A DNA stretch of 64,000 bases, from contig OY762925.1 of the NCBI GenBank assembly GCA_963666625.1, positions 2,373,792 to 2,437,791 on the forward strand, given 5' to 3'. A program made the position numbers and the translations under genes. This DNA is from Arenicellales bacterium (GTDB lineage: Bacteria; Pseudomonadota; Gammaproteobacteria; Arenicellales; JAJDZL01). Under the pieces are notes generated by a model that was given only the letters and a program-made list of their open reading frames with translations, made no database searches and was not told the origin of the DNA. Within the stretch, counting starts at the first letter, position 1; each line of letters starts with the position of its first letter. Below are positions 53,043 through 61,490 of the stretch, piece after piece.

Positions 53043-53299
53043 ACAGCACTTGAGACCTACTGGCCAATTTCACGGATGACTGAGCTTAGGGGAAATCGAG
53101 CCTATGTCATCCAGATGTAGGTCGATCACCCCGAACTCGATTCCGTGACACTTACCGAAGACGCTATAGTCGCAGTTCGAGAATTTGATCGGCAACTGCA
53201 GTCCCCGGCAAACTGATTTGGTAATGAAATTAGAATCTGTCTCTGTCTGTGGTAAACCGGATATTGATCCCCGCACTGGTTCAGGTCCAACGGTTCAGT

Positions 53300-54355
53300 T
53301 CAATGTAGCATCGCCGAGTATTGAGGAACAGGATCAATCCTGAGCCAGTCATAACGGTCCCCCGTTTCCACGGTAATCTCCTTAACCGTGCCACCGCGTA
53401 CGACGGAAATCCGCACATCAACTCCCGCCGGACCGGTCTCCCAGACGCGTCGAAAGAAACTGGCCATATCCGAAACCGGTTGACCGTTAACGGCAACTAT
53501 GATGTCATTGGGTCTGATACCCGCCACTTCAGCTGGACTGTCCACCGCAACTCGAAATACGAAAAGGTGTCCGCGGTCCACGGCGGTATAGACACCCAAC
53601 CACGGCCTGGTTTCGCCGGAAGCCCGTCCATTTTGCAACAGATCGTCGAGTATGGGTTTCAGCAAATTGATAGGCACAAACATGTTGCCGGGAACAGGTC
53701 GAGATCCCTCGACAGTTTTCGCATCATTTACGATCAATGATCCCACGCCGACAAGCCTGCCATTGGAACCGATCAGGGCAGCACCGCCGAACCCGCCGAA
53801 TGGCGGAGTCGTAAAAATTGCTTGATCCAACAGATATTCCCAGTAACCTGAAAATTCCCGTACGTCGACGACTTGTACGACCTGCATGTAGTCCGGTCCA
53901 ATATGTGAAATAATCAATGCGGTATCACCGGGAGACAGAAAAGCGGAATCACCAAGCGGGATACCCCTGATACCCAGCGAACGAGTCGATCTCACCAAAC
54001 CGAAGCCACTGTCGTAATCGTATGCAACAACTTCTGCAGGGACATAATTGCCTTGACTGTCTGTAACCTGAACATCTGAAGCCTCCAAAATGAGGTATCC
54101 AATCGTCAGCACCAGTCCGTCATCGCCAATGACGATTCCGCTGCCCTCGCGCTCGTTTCCCAGACTGTTTGCAGTTCTTGCGGTATCCGGCACCATCGCG
54201 CGAAGTCCGATCACTGCTTTAATCGTTGCCTCAACCAGTTCATCTGAATCCTGAGAAGCGACTGTCGGTGTCATCAGAAGCAGGGTGACAAAAATGCAGG
54301 CAAACAATCTTCGAATATATTGATCAGCTGTTGAAGATCGATAGGTATACATCAC
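53300..54355 (-). CDS. Trypsin-like serine peptidase with C-terminal PDZ domain (S1C family)
   Basis: 351 aa. Signal peptide, a GSGIVIGDDGLVLT (His region nearby) ... GFGGAAL Ser-region analogue, and a PDZ-like segment GIRPNDIIVAVNGQPV. Confidence 0.8.
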   Translation of the reverse strand: MMYTYRSSTADQYIRRLFACIFVTLLLMTPTVASQDSDELVEATIKAVIGLRAMVPDTARTANSLGNEREGSGIVIGDDGLVLTIGYLILEASDVQVTDSQGNYVPAEVVAYDYDSGFGLVRSTRSLGIRGIPLGDSAFLSPGDTALIISHIGPDYMQVVQVVDVREFSGYWEYLLDQAIFTTPPFGGFGGAALIGSNGRLVGVGSLIVNDAKTVEGSRPVPGNMFVPINLLKPILDDLLQNGRASGETRPWLGVYTAVDRGHLFVFRVAVDSPAEVAGIRPNDIIVAVNGQPVSDMASFFRRVWETGPAGVDVRISVVRGGTVKEITVETGDRYDWLRIDPVPQYSAMLH

Positions 54356-54609
54356 AACCTGCTTACCGAATAGATGCGCACCAAACTGCTGCGCTAGATA
54401 TTGTTATCACTTATATCAGGATTGTAAACACAAATACGTAACATGTGCAGGAAATTGATTTGAGGCTGGTTCGGAATCGTGAGAATTTCAAGCTCCACTT
54501 TCTTTGTATGGACTAGAGCAGCCTCAATTTTCTCGTTTGATTCAGTACTTGACCGAGACCGCCTGCGATAGTGTGAACCACACTCCCAATTGATCGGAAT
54601 ATATTCGAA

Positions 54610-55386
54610 TTACGAGGGTATAACGGCTCGCACGAAGAGAATTACGGAAAGAGCCATGAGTACGAACAGCGCAACTTTCTTGAAAGTCTCCTGATTGGTA
54701 TTAATGAAACCCTGATTGCCGACCCAGACACCGAAGATCAGTATTGGCAGGAATACTGCTGTACGCCAGTAGACGCTCGCGTCGATCAGACCCTGAGCCG
54801 CGAACATAGCCGTTCCGACACTATCGGTGCCGATAAAGTAGGTGATGATCGAGGCGCGTCCTGCAACCATACCGATTGGCGAGGAGAAGTAAAACAGGAT
54901 AACAGGTGGACCCACAATTCCCATGCTTCCGTTCAGAACGCCGGCCATCAGCCCAACGCCAAATGTTGCCAATGACCCGGGTTCTTTCGCGAGTGCGAAA
55001 CCGCGGAGTATCAGGACCGCAGCAATGAAAACGATGATACTGAGTGCTATGAGCACCGGTGTCGCGGGTAGAGTGGAGAGGGCATGAATTCCAAATGGCG
55101 TCCCTGCCCAGCTGCCGAACAACAGCAGTCCGATGGATCGCCAACGTACGTTCTTCCAGACCTGTGGCAGGAGCGTGAAGCTGGTCACCACCTCGAACAT
55201 CAGAACCATCGGAACAACCTGCAGGGGAGGAAGCACGAGCGAGAGACTGGTCACCCACAGCATTGACGCACCAAAGCCAGTGTAACCTTTGAGGTAAGCG
55301 CCTGCGAACACAGCGATTAGACTGAACAGGAAACTCGCAGCAGAAAGTCCTGTCAGGTTCAGAATTCCACTTGGCATCTCACCCAT
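54610..55386 (-). CDS. TauE/SafE-family (DUF81) anion/sulfite exporter
   Basis: 258 aa, ~7-8 TM helices with internal duplication and GxGG-type motifs (KGYTGFGAS..., LNGSMGIVGPP). Confidence 0.8.
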   Translation of the reverse strand: MGEMPSGILNLTGLSAASFLFSLIAVFAGAYLKGYTGFGASMLWVTSLSLVLPPLQVVPMVLMFEVVTSFTLLPQVWKNVRWRSIGLLLFGSWAGTPFGIHALSTLPATPVLIALSIIVFIAAVLILRGFALAKEPGSLATFGVGLMAGVLNGSMGIVGPPVILFYFSSPIGMVAGRASIITYFIGTDSVGTAMFAAQGLIDASVYWRTAVFLPILIFGVWVGNQGFINTNQETFKKVALFVLMALSVILFVRAVIPS

Positions 55387-55778
55387 GATCCCTTTGCTTA
55401 CTCTTGAGAATGGCCACTGCCGAAAAGTGCGCGATCAATTGTACAACTTCGAGCAAATTTGTAATATCAACGCGAAGCTAATCTGAATCCTTTCGAGTGC
55501 CGGTATGCAAACTACTCGGTATTCCAACAAAAACTTCCCGCTTCCGACGAAATACATGAATCTGGTATTGCCAGAACCGATACTCTGGCGGTCACTCCGA
55601 TAGAAAAGTCGGTATTCAGCTGTTTCACACTAATCGGTCAATTACAGAATTGAATTTGAAACTCCGTTACCATTGTCAAAGTTTCACAATTGCCGATAAA
55701 ATAGACGAATATTGCAGTTGGGACAGCTTCAGGTTGAAACGTGCGAATTTTATTACGTATGTCTGATGTCATGACGGT

Positions 55779-56594
55779 GTGCAGCAGCGGGAGCGCAGTG
55801 TGAATTTTCAGAAATTTCATGGTCATCAATTCTCGATTGATGAGACCGGTTTGGCCAGATTCAATCAGAACGGTTACCTGATTGTGAGAAATCTATGCGA
55901 CTCCTTTGATCTTCAGGAGATGATTGATGTGATCAATTCGTCGATTGATCCAGCATTGGCACCGGTTGAATATGAGGCTGACGTGCAGTATCCAGGTGCG
56001 CCGGATTCCCGACAGTCTCCCGGTGGCGACACGCCGCGAAGGTTGCTTCATGCCATTGCAAGAGATGCGGTTTTCAGGAACTGGGCGATCAACGAGCAGG
56101 TTACCGGCCATGTTATGAATCTGCTTCGGACAACCCACATTCAGGTGAGCCAGAATCATCACAACTGCATCATGACAAAATTTCCGGGATACGGGAGTGA
56201 GACCGGATGGCATCAGGATATTCGTTACTGGAGTTTTGATCGTCCGGAATTGGTGACAACTTGGTTGGCACTGGGTGATGAATCGAATGAAAACGGCAGT
56301 CTGACCGTTATTCCCGGATCACACAGAATGGACTTCGACAGGGGGCAGTTTGACGCCGCATTGTTCTTTCGGTCTGATGTTGAGCGAAATGTCTCATTGA
56401 TGGATTCAGCGCAGTCCATCGAATTGAAAGCGGGCGATGTGATTTTCTTTCATTGCAGACTACTGCATTCGGCGGGACAGAATTGCACCGATTCGGTGAA
56501 ACTGTCTGTGGTTTTCACTTATCATGCACAGTCTAACCGTCCCATAATAGGGACCAGGTCAGCTGAACACCCGGACATTGATATTCGACAATGA
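55779..56594 (+). CDS. Phytanoyl-CoA dioxygenase (PhyH) family Fe(II)/2-oxoglutarate oxygenase
   Basis: 271 aa (GTG start). FNQNGYLIVRNL..., WHQDIRYW (H-x-D) and ...FFHCRLLHSAGQN (distal His) are PhyH motifs. Confidence 0.8.
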   Translation: MQQRERSVNFQKFHGHQFSIDETGLARFNQNGYLIVRNLCDSFDLQEMIDVINSSIDPALAPVEYEADVQYPGAPDSRQSPGGDTPRRLLHAIARDAVFRNWAINEQVTGHVMNLLRTTHIQVSQNHHNCIMTKFPGYGSETGWHQDIRYWSFDRPELVTTWLALGDESNENGSLTVIPGSHRMDFDRGQFDAALFFRSDVERNVSLMDSAQSIELKAGDVIFFHCRLLHSAGQNCTDSVKLSVVFTYHAQSNRPIIGTRSAEHPDIDIRQ

Positions 56595-56797
56595 TGGAAA
56601 ATCTTGGTTATTTGCTGTATCCGATCATGGTTGCCATTCTGGTTTGGATGTGGCTCAGGGTGCGCGGTATGAATCTCGAAAAAATCGTCGCACAATCGGC
56701 TGACGAACACCATACTGTAAATGATATTTTCGAGCGCCACCCCCACGGCGGCGACTGGACGGAGTTTACCAGGTGGGTTGACGATCATCGTCGTTGA
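56591..56797 (+). CDS. Small hypothetical membrane protein
   Basis: 68 aa with one TM helix (LLYPIMVAILVWMWL). The ATG overlaps the phyH stop (ATGA). No recognisable family. Confidence 0.3.
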   Translation: MMENLGYLLYPIMVAILVWMWLRVRGMNLEKIVAQSADEHHTVNDIFERHPHGGDWTEFTRWVDDHRR

Positions 56798-56824
56798 GCC
56801 AGCTTGAAGGATGGACCTGTCTCC

Positions 56825-57616
56825 ATGAAGGCTACTGTCAATACTTTTATCCGATATAAGACGGAAGGGCGTAAATTCGCCTGCCTCACATCTTACGGAT
56901 TCTGTGAGGCGTTTGCCGCCACTGAAGCAGGCGTGGAGCTATTACTGGTCGGGGATTCCCTGGGCATGGTTGTTCAAGGCCACGATAGCAGCCTGCCTGT
57001 GACGATCGAGGAAGTCGCCTATCATGTCCGCTGTGTCCGACGCGGCAACAATGGTGCTTTGTTGATGGCAGACCTTCCATTTATGAGTTACTACACCGAA
57101 AACGCAACGCTGGAAAATGCCGCACTCTTGATGCGGGAAGGCGCTCAGATCGTCAAACTTGAGGGCGGAGCCTGGCTGGCGGAATCAACGAGACTGCTCG
57201 TCGAAAGGGGGGTGCCGGTATGCGCACACATGGGATTGACGCCACAGTCCGTCAACCATCTCGGTGGCTACCGAGTACAGGGACGTGATCCTGTCAAAGC
57301 AAAAACCATGATCGCCGAGGCCAAATTACTTGAGGATGCAGGCGCCAGTTTTGTATTGCTTGAATGTGTTCCGACATCATTGGGCAGGGCAATAACTGAA
57401 AGTCTTTCGATTCCGGTGATCGGAATCGGTGCCGGTCCACATACTGACGGACAGATTATGGTACTGCACGATCTGCTAGGTTTGTACCCCGGCAAACCCG
57501 CTAAATTCGTCAAAAACTTTCTACCCGAAAACACCGACATTCAGTCGGCAATCGGCGCGTATGTCGCCGCAGTTCGCAATCAGGAATTTCCAGCCCGAGA
57601 ACATTGTTATGAGTAA
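56825..57616 (+). CDS. panB: 3-methyl-2-oxobutanoate hydroxymethyltransferase
   Basis: ATG at 56825 (the track starts at a TTG at 56804). [26 protein letters not shown]..., [14 protein letters not shown] and KLEGG are PanB motifs. Confidence 0.9.
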   Translation: MKATVNTFIRYKTEGRKFACLTSYGFCEAFAATEAGVELLLVGDSLGMVVQGHDSSLPVTIEEVAYHVRCVRRGNNGALLMADLPFMSYYTENATLENAALLMREGAQIVKLEGGAWLAESTRLLVERGVPVCAHMGLTPQSVNHLGGYRVQGRDPVKAKTMIAEAKLLEDAGASFVLLECVPTSLGRAITESLSIPVIGIGAGPHTDGQIMVLHDLLGLYPGKPAKFVKNFLPENTDIQSAIGAYVAAVRNQEFPAREHCYE

Positions 57617-58166
57617 CCAAGAGACGGTCGCATGGACTCTGGGCTATGGGGATAGGACAATCAGTGAATTTGTTGACCTTTTGGCTTCATACAATTTGGA
57701 TACTGTGGTCGACATCCGGCTTTTCCCGGCAGCTGGAGAGAATCATCATTTCAGAAAGGATGCGCTTAGGCAGGTACTGGATTCCAACGGAATTGAATTT
57801 CACTTGGCAGGACATCAATTCGGAGGACCCAGATCGGAAGTTGAGGATTCTCCGCATGTTGCCCTACACAGGAAAATGCGAGGTTATGCCGACTACATGT
57901 CAACGCAGGCATTCAAATCTGGTATCGAAAAACTAGTCGATCTCTGTCGAAACCGTCGACTCGTCATCGTCAATGAGCAAAAGGATTTTGAACAATGCCA
58001 TCGAAAACTACTTGCCGACTACCTATACCTGGTCGAGGGGGTCAGGCCGATTCACATAATCGGGCGTGAGACCTTTCAGGAACACCGCGTGACTTTTTCC
58101 GCTCAATACCAATTCGATACAATAATCTATGACAACTACCATGAACCGAGCCGTCAACTCCACTGA
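57609..58166 (+). CDS. DUF488-family protein
   Basis: Start at the ATG at 57609 (overlaps the panB stop). [31 protein letters not shown]......HF.KDAL matches the DUF488 N-terminal pattern. Confidence 0.7.
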   Translation: MSNQETVAWTLGYGDRTISEFVDLLASYNLDTVVDIRLFPAAGENHHFRKDALRQVLDSNGIEFHLAGHQFGGPRSEVEDSPHVALHRKMRGYADYMSTQAFKSGIEKLVDLCRNRRLVIVNEQKDFEQCHRKLLADYLYLVEGVRPIHIIGRETFQEHRVTFSAQYQFDTIIYDNYHEPSRQLH

Positions 58167-58271
58167 ATACGGAAAAAGATCGTACGTCATTTGAACTTGC
58201 ATATGTCAGCCGGTGCATGTAGTCCAACTTGAGCAACTTGTCCGTCAAACCTCAATCGCAGGAATCTGATC

Positions 58272-58937
58272 ATGCTATTTAGTTTCAATCGAAAAATTTC
58301 GATGCCCGACCGGAATGAAGCCTTGCCTGGACGGAAAGAGACCATTCCAACATCTAAAGTTCATTTTATGAGCGGTCGATCCATGTTCGAACCTTACCCG
58401 GAAAATTCCCAGATTGCCATGTTTGGCGGGGGATGTTTTTGGGGTGTGGAACGAAAATTCTGGCAAAAGGACGGGGTTTATGTTACAGCGGCCGGATACT
58501 CAGGCGGCTACACGCCGAATCCAACCTATCGCGAAGTCTGCTCCGGATTGACGGGGCACAATGAAGTGGTTCGGGTCGTATTTTTTCCGGATCAGATTTC
58601 CTATGACAGTCTGTTACAGGTGTTTTGGGAATGTCACGATCCAACCCAGGGAATGAGACAGGGCAATGATGTGGGAACACAGTACCGCTCGGGGATCTAT
58701 ACCTATGGTTCAGAACAGAAACGACTCGCCCTTGAATCTCTCGATGCGTATTCCAGTGCAATCCGGAGAAAGGGCTATGGCGCGATAACGACTGAAATTA
58801 TCGACGCGCATGAGTTTTACTTTGCCGAAGCGGAGCACCAGCAATATCTGGGTAAGAATCCACATGGTTATTGCGGATTGGGCGGAACCGGCGTGTGTTA
58901 TGTTCCGACAGATCAGACTGTTCCCGCCCGAGTATGA
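58272..58937 (+). CDS. msrA: Peptide-methionine (S)-S-oxide reductase
   Basis: 221 aa. Catalytic motif [27 protein letters not shown] and [19 protein letters not shown] are diagnostic of MsrA. Confidence 0.9.
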   Translation: MLFSFNRKISMPDRNEALPGRKETIPTSKVHFMSGRSMFEPYPENSQIAMFGGGCFWGVERKFWQKDGVYVTAAGYSGGYTPNPTYREVCSGLTGHNEVVRVVFFPDQISYDSLLQVFWECHDPTQGMRQGNDVGTQYRSGIYTYGSEQKRLALESLDAYSSAIRRKGYGAITTEIIDAHEFYFAEAEHQQYLGKNPHGYCGLGGTGVCYVPTDQTVPARV

Positions 58938-59941
58938 CGATGAACGACATTACACTGAGTCTTGAAGAGGTATACCAGTTAAGTCTTGATGCCCTGACCG
59001 GTTGCGGCGCGCAAAGATCGAACGCACAACCCGTCGCGAAGTCGATTCAGGACGCTGAAGCCGACGGTATAAGAAATGTCGGACTGAATTATCTTTCCCA
59101 TTATTGCGAGCATCTTAAATGCGGAAAGGTTGATGGCAGTGCCATGCCCACATGGCAGCGAACGGCACCAGCTGTCATGGTCGCGGACGCCGCAAATGGT
59201 TTTGCTCATAGTGCTTTCGATCAGGTTCATGGCGAATTTGTGAAAATGGTGAGAAAAACCGGTATCGGCTCGCTTGCCATAAAAAATTCCTATGCGGCTG
59301 GTGTCATTGGCTGGTATGTCGAAATACTTGCTGGCCAGGGACTGGTTTCCTTGGCTTACGCCAACTCTCCGCCGGCAATCGCGCCATGGGGAGGCGCGAA
59401 GGCATTTTTTGGTACGAATCCACTGGCATTTGGAGTTCCAAGAAAGAACAATCCGCCGTTGATTGTCGATCAGTCATCCAGTGTGACGGCAAAAGTCAAT
59501 GTTGTACATGCAGCTCAATCCGGCGAACCGATTCCTGATAACTGGGCACTCGACAAGCAAGGTAACCCGACTGTGGATGCCAAAGCGGGATTGGAGGGTT
59601 CAATGGCGCCGGCCGGAGGATACAAGGGTGTCGCGACGGCGATGATTGTCGATTTGCTGGCTGGCGGTCTTGGGGGTCCGAATATGTCCCATAGCGCTGC
59701 GTCCTTCGGGGACAACAGCGGTGGTCCGCCTGGTGTCGGGCAGTTTTTCATTGGAATCGAACCGGAATTTTTTGGGTCGGAATTCAGTAAAAGATCCGAA
59801 TCAATGTTTGCCGAGATGTGCGCTGAACAAGGTGTTCGGCTTCCCGGCGACCGTCGTCATGCGTACCGCGTCAAAGCCAAGTCACAGGGCGTTAGTCTCC
59901 CCGAGAGTCTCTACCATAAACTGCTCAAGTACGCTGGTTGA
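58934..59941 (+). CDS. Ldh_2-family (malate/L-lactate/sulfolactate dehydrogenase-like) oxidoreductase
   Basis: Start at the ATG at 58934 (ATGA overlap with the msrA stop; the track extension from 58871 was discarded). ...[24 protein letters not shown]... and ...GGYKG... are typical of Ldh_2. Confidence 0.8.
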   Translation: MTMNDITLSLEEVYQLSLDALTGCGAQRSNAQPVAKSIQDAEADGIRNVGLNYLSHYCEHLKCGKVDGSAMPTWQRTAPAVMVADAANGFAHSAFDQVHGEFVKMVRKTGIGSLAIKNSYAAGVIGWYVEILAGQGLVSLAYANSPPAIAPWGGAKAFFGTNPLAFGVPRKNNPPLIVDQSSSVTAKVNVVHAAQSGEPIPDNWALDKQGNPTVDAKAGLEGSMAPAGGYKGVATAMIVDLLAGGLGGPNMSHSAASFGDNSGGPPGVGQFFIGIEPEFFGSEFSKRSESMFAEMCAEQGVRLPGDRRHAYRVKAKSQGVSLPESLYHKLLKYAG

Positions 59942-60143
59942 GAGCGTTGGCGCGAATCCAATGGGTGGCAGTTCCGCCACTCATCTGCCGACTACCGACA
60001 GCGATGGACAGTTGAATCAATCCGAAGTCGTCGAATTTCTATACCCTGGGACAGATGAAGTATTGCGTTTTGCACCCAATACTTCTAAAATCATATATTC
60101 AGAATATATTTTGTTTGGCTTCATCAATACACGAAGAATTTCC

Positions 60144-60641
60144 ATGGAAGAGTACAAGCAACAGTCCGACTATCGCCCGAACGTAGCGATCGTTCTGTGC
60201 AACAAGCACTCACAGGTACTCTGGGCGCGACGTGTGAGACACGATGGCTGGCAATTCCCGCAAGGCGGCATTGCGCCGAATGAGACCTCAGACGAAGCGG
60301 CATACCGCGAGTTAGAAGAGGAACTGGGCCTCAAACCCGACCATGTCCGACTGATCGGTTCTACCGATCAATGGTTTCGATACGACATTCCGCAAAGATA
60401 TCTTCGAAACCGTTATCAGAGCACACTTCGCGGACAGACTCAGAAGTGGTTCCTATTTGAGTTTATCGGCGACGAGTCTGATTTCTGTCTTGACTGCTCC
60501 GCACATCCGGAGTTCGATGACTGGAAATGGGTTGACTATCGGACTGCTGCGGATCGTGTAGTGAGTTTCAAGCAAGATGTGTACCGAGACGCCCTTGCGG
60601 AACTTGAACCGTATTTCGGACGTATCAGCGAACGCGAATAA
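60144..60641 (+). CDS. rppH: RNA pyrophosphohydrolase
   Basis: Start at the ATG at 60144 (MEEYKQQSDYRPNVAIVLCN...). Collinear with E. coli RppH: YRPNV.IV.CN, WQFPQGGI, Nudix box, QKQKWFL, PEFD.W.WV.Y, VVSFK.DVYR. Confidence 0.9.
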   Translation: MEEYKQQSDYRPNVAIVLCNKHSQVLWARRVRHDGWQFPQGGIAPNETSDEAAYRELEEELGLKPDHVRLIGSTDQWFRYDIPQRYLRNRYQSTLRGQTQKWFLFEFIGDESDFCLDCSAHPEFDDWKWVDYRTAADRVVSFKQDVYRDALAELEPYFGRISERE

Positions 60642-60681
60642 TACATGCCCGGCGCCAACTTGTTCGATAATCTAAGTTCGA

Positions 60682-60755
60682 GCGGGCGTAGTTCAATGGC
60701 AGAACTTCAGCTTCCCAAGCTGACTACGTGGGTTCGATTCCCATCGTCCGCTCCA
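60682..60755 (+). tRNA. tRNA-Gly (anticodon CCC)
   Basis: GCGGGCGTAGTTCAATGGCAGAACTTCAGCTTCCCAAGCTGACTACGTGGGTTCGATTCCCATCGTCCGCTCCA. 74 nt with a 7-bp acceptor (GCGGGCG/CGTCCGC with one G-U), anticodon loop CTTCCCAAG, T-loop GGTTCGATTCC and an encoded CCA. Confidence 0.9.
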
Positions 60756-60793
60756 ATAACCCAATTCGTTCAGAGTGAACTTTGGAATTGGCT

Positions 60794-61393
60794 TCAGGTC
60801 TGAGATTCCTCGTCAGTCTTCAGTTCGAATACCGTAATCACGCGTTCTGAGCGTCTGGTATTCTGAGCGATTTTCGCGGCCTGTTGGGCTACCTCTTCCG
60901 AGACAATCCCCATCAGATATACGGTCTTTCGGTATACCACCACATGCACTGTAGGCGATGTCTCTTTCAGTGCCCTGGAGAGTCGGTGCTTTACAGACAT
61001 TTGCAGTATTTTGTCTCTACCCAGCACCAGAGGACTGCGGGACTTTTCCACCCTGATTTCGTTGACGACTTTTCGAACATACTGGTGTTCGTTCGCCAGG
61101 TCCTCCACCCATTGCTTGGCTTCTGCGTTTTCCACCGAACCGGTCAGAAGCACGACTCCGTTAACCGTTGTCACATTGACCTGTGTATCTGAACCCAATT
61201 CGGGTGTGTTCTTTGCGATCATATTGCTCAGTCGGAATGTGATTGAGCTGTCTTCGATCTTTTTGGTGACACTTCTGGGTTCGACAGGTTTCTCAGTCTG
61301 CGCAAAACCTGCGATGGCAAATAACATCAGAATTCCGAACGTGAACGGACGGAAAATTTTCATACTTAGTGGAATTGAAGATGATGTAAACAT
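60794..61393 (-). CDS. BON-domain protein (DolP/YraP/OsmY-like)
   Basis: 199 aa. Signal peptide and two BON-like repeats (...VNVTTVNGVVLLTGSVEN..., ...VHVVVYRKTVYLMGIVSEE...). Start alternative at 61363. Position next to lpoA as for dolP in enterics. Confidence 0.75.
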   Translation of the reverse strand: MFTSSSIPLSMKIFRPFTFGILMLFAIAGFAQTEKPVEPRSVTKKIEDSSITFRLSNMIAKNTPELGSDTQVNVTTVNGVVLLTGSVENAEAKQWVEDLANEHQYVRKVVNEIRVEKSRSPLVLGRDKILQMSVKHRLSRALKETSPTVHVVVYRKTVYLMGIVSEEVAQQAAKIAQNTRRSERVITVFELKTDEESQT

Positions 61394-61490
61394 GGAATTC
61401 GTATCCGGGGAAGGTTAGGAACTGGAAAAACATCCAAATCTGGGTGTTTACACTCATTAATATTGTACATTATCTGATAGATAGACGCGC

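Noticed and set aside
53070-53276. 68-aa minus-strand ORF as a possible AbiEii toxin remnant (…GVIDLHLDD…)
   Set aside because: The resemblance to the NTase R-x-S-x-D-x-D motif is too loose, and the orientation is opposite to what an AbiEi-AbiEii pair would have. It is left as unannotated debris.
59646-60143. 166-codon N-terminal extension of the rppH ORF
   Set aside because: It overlaps the 3' end of the Ldh_2 gene in another frame. RppH homology begins at the ATG at 60144 (MEEYKQQSDYRPNV...).
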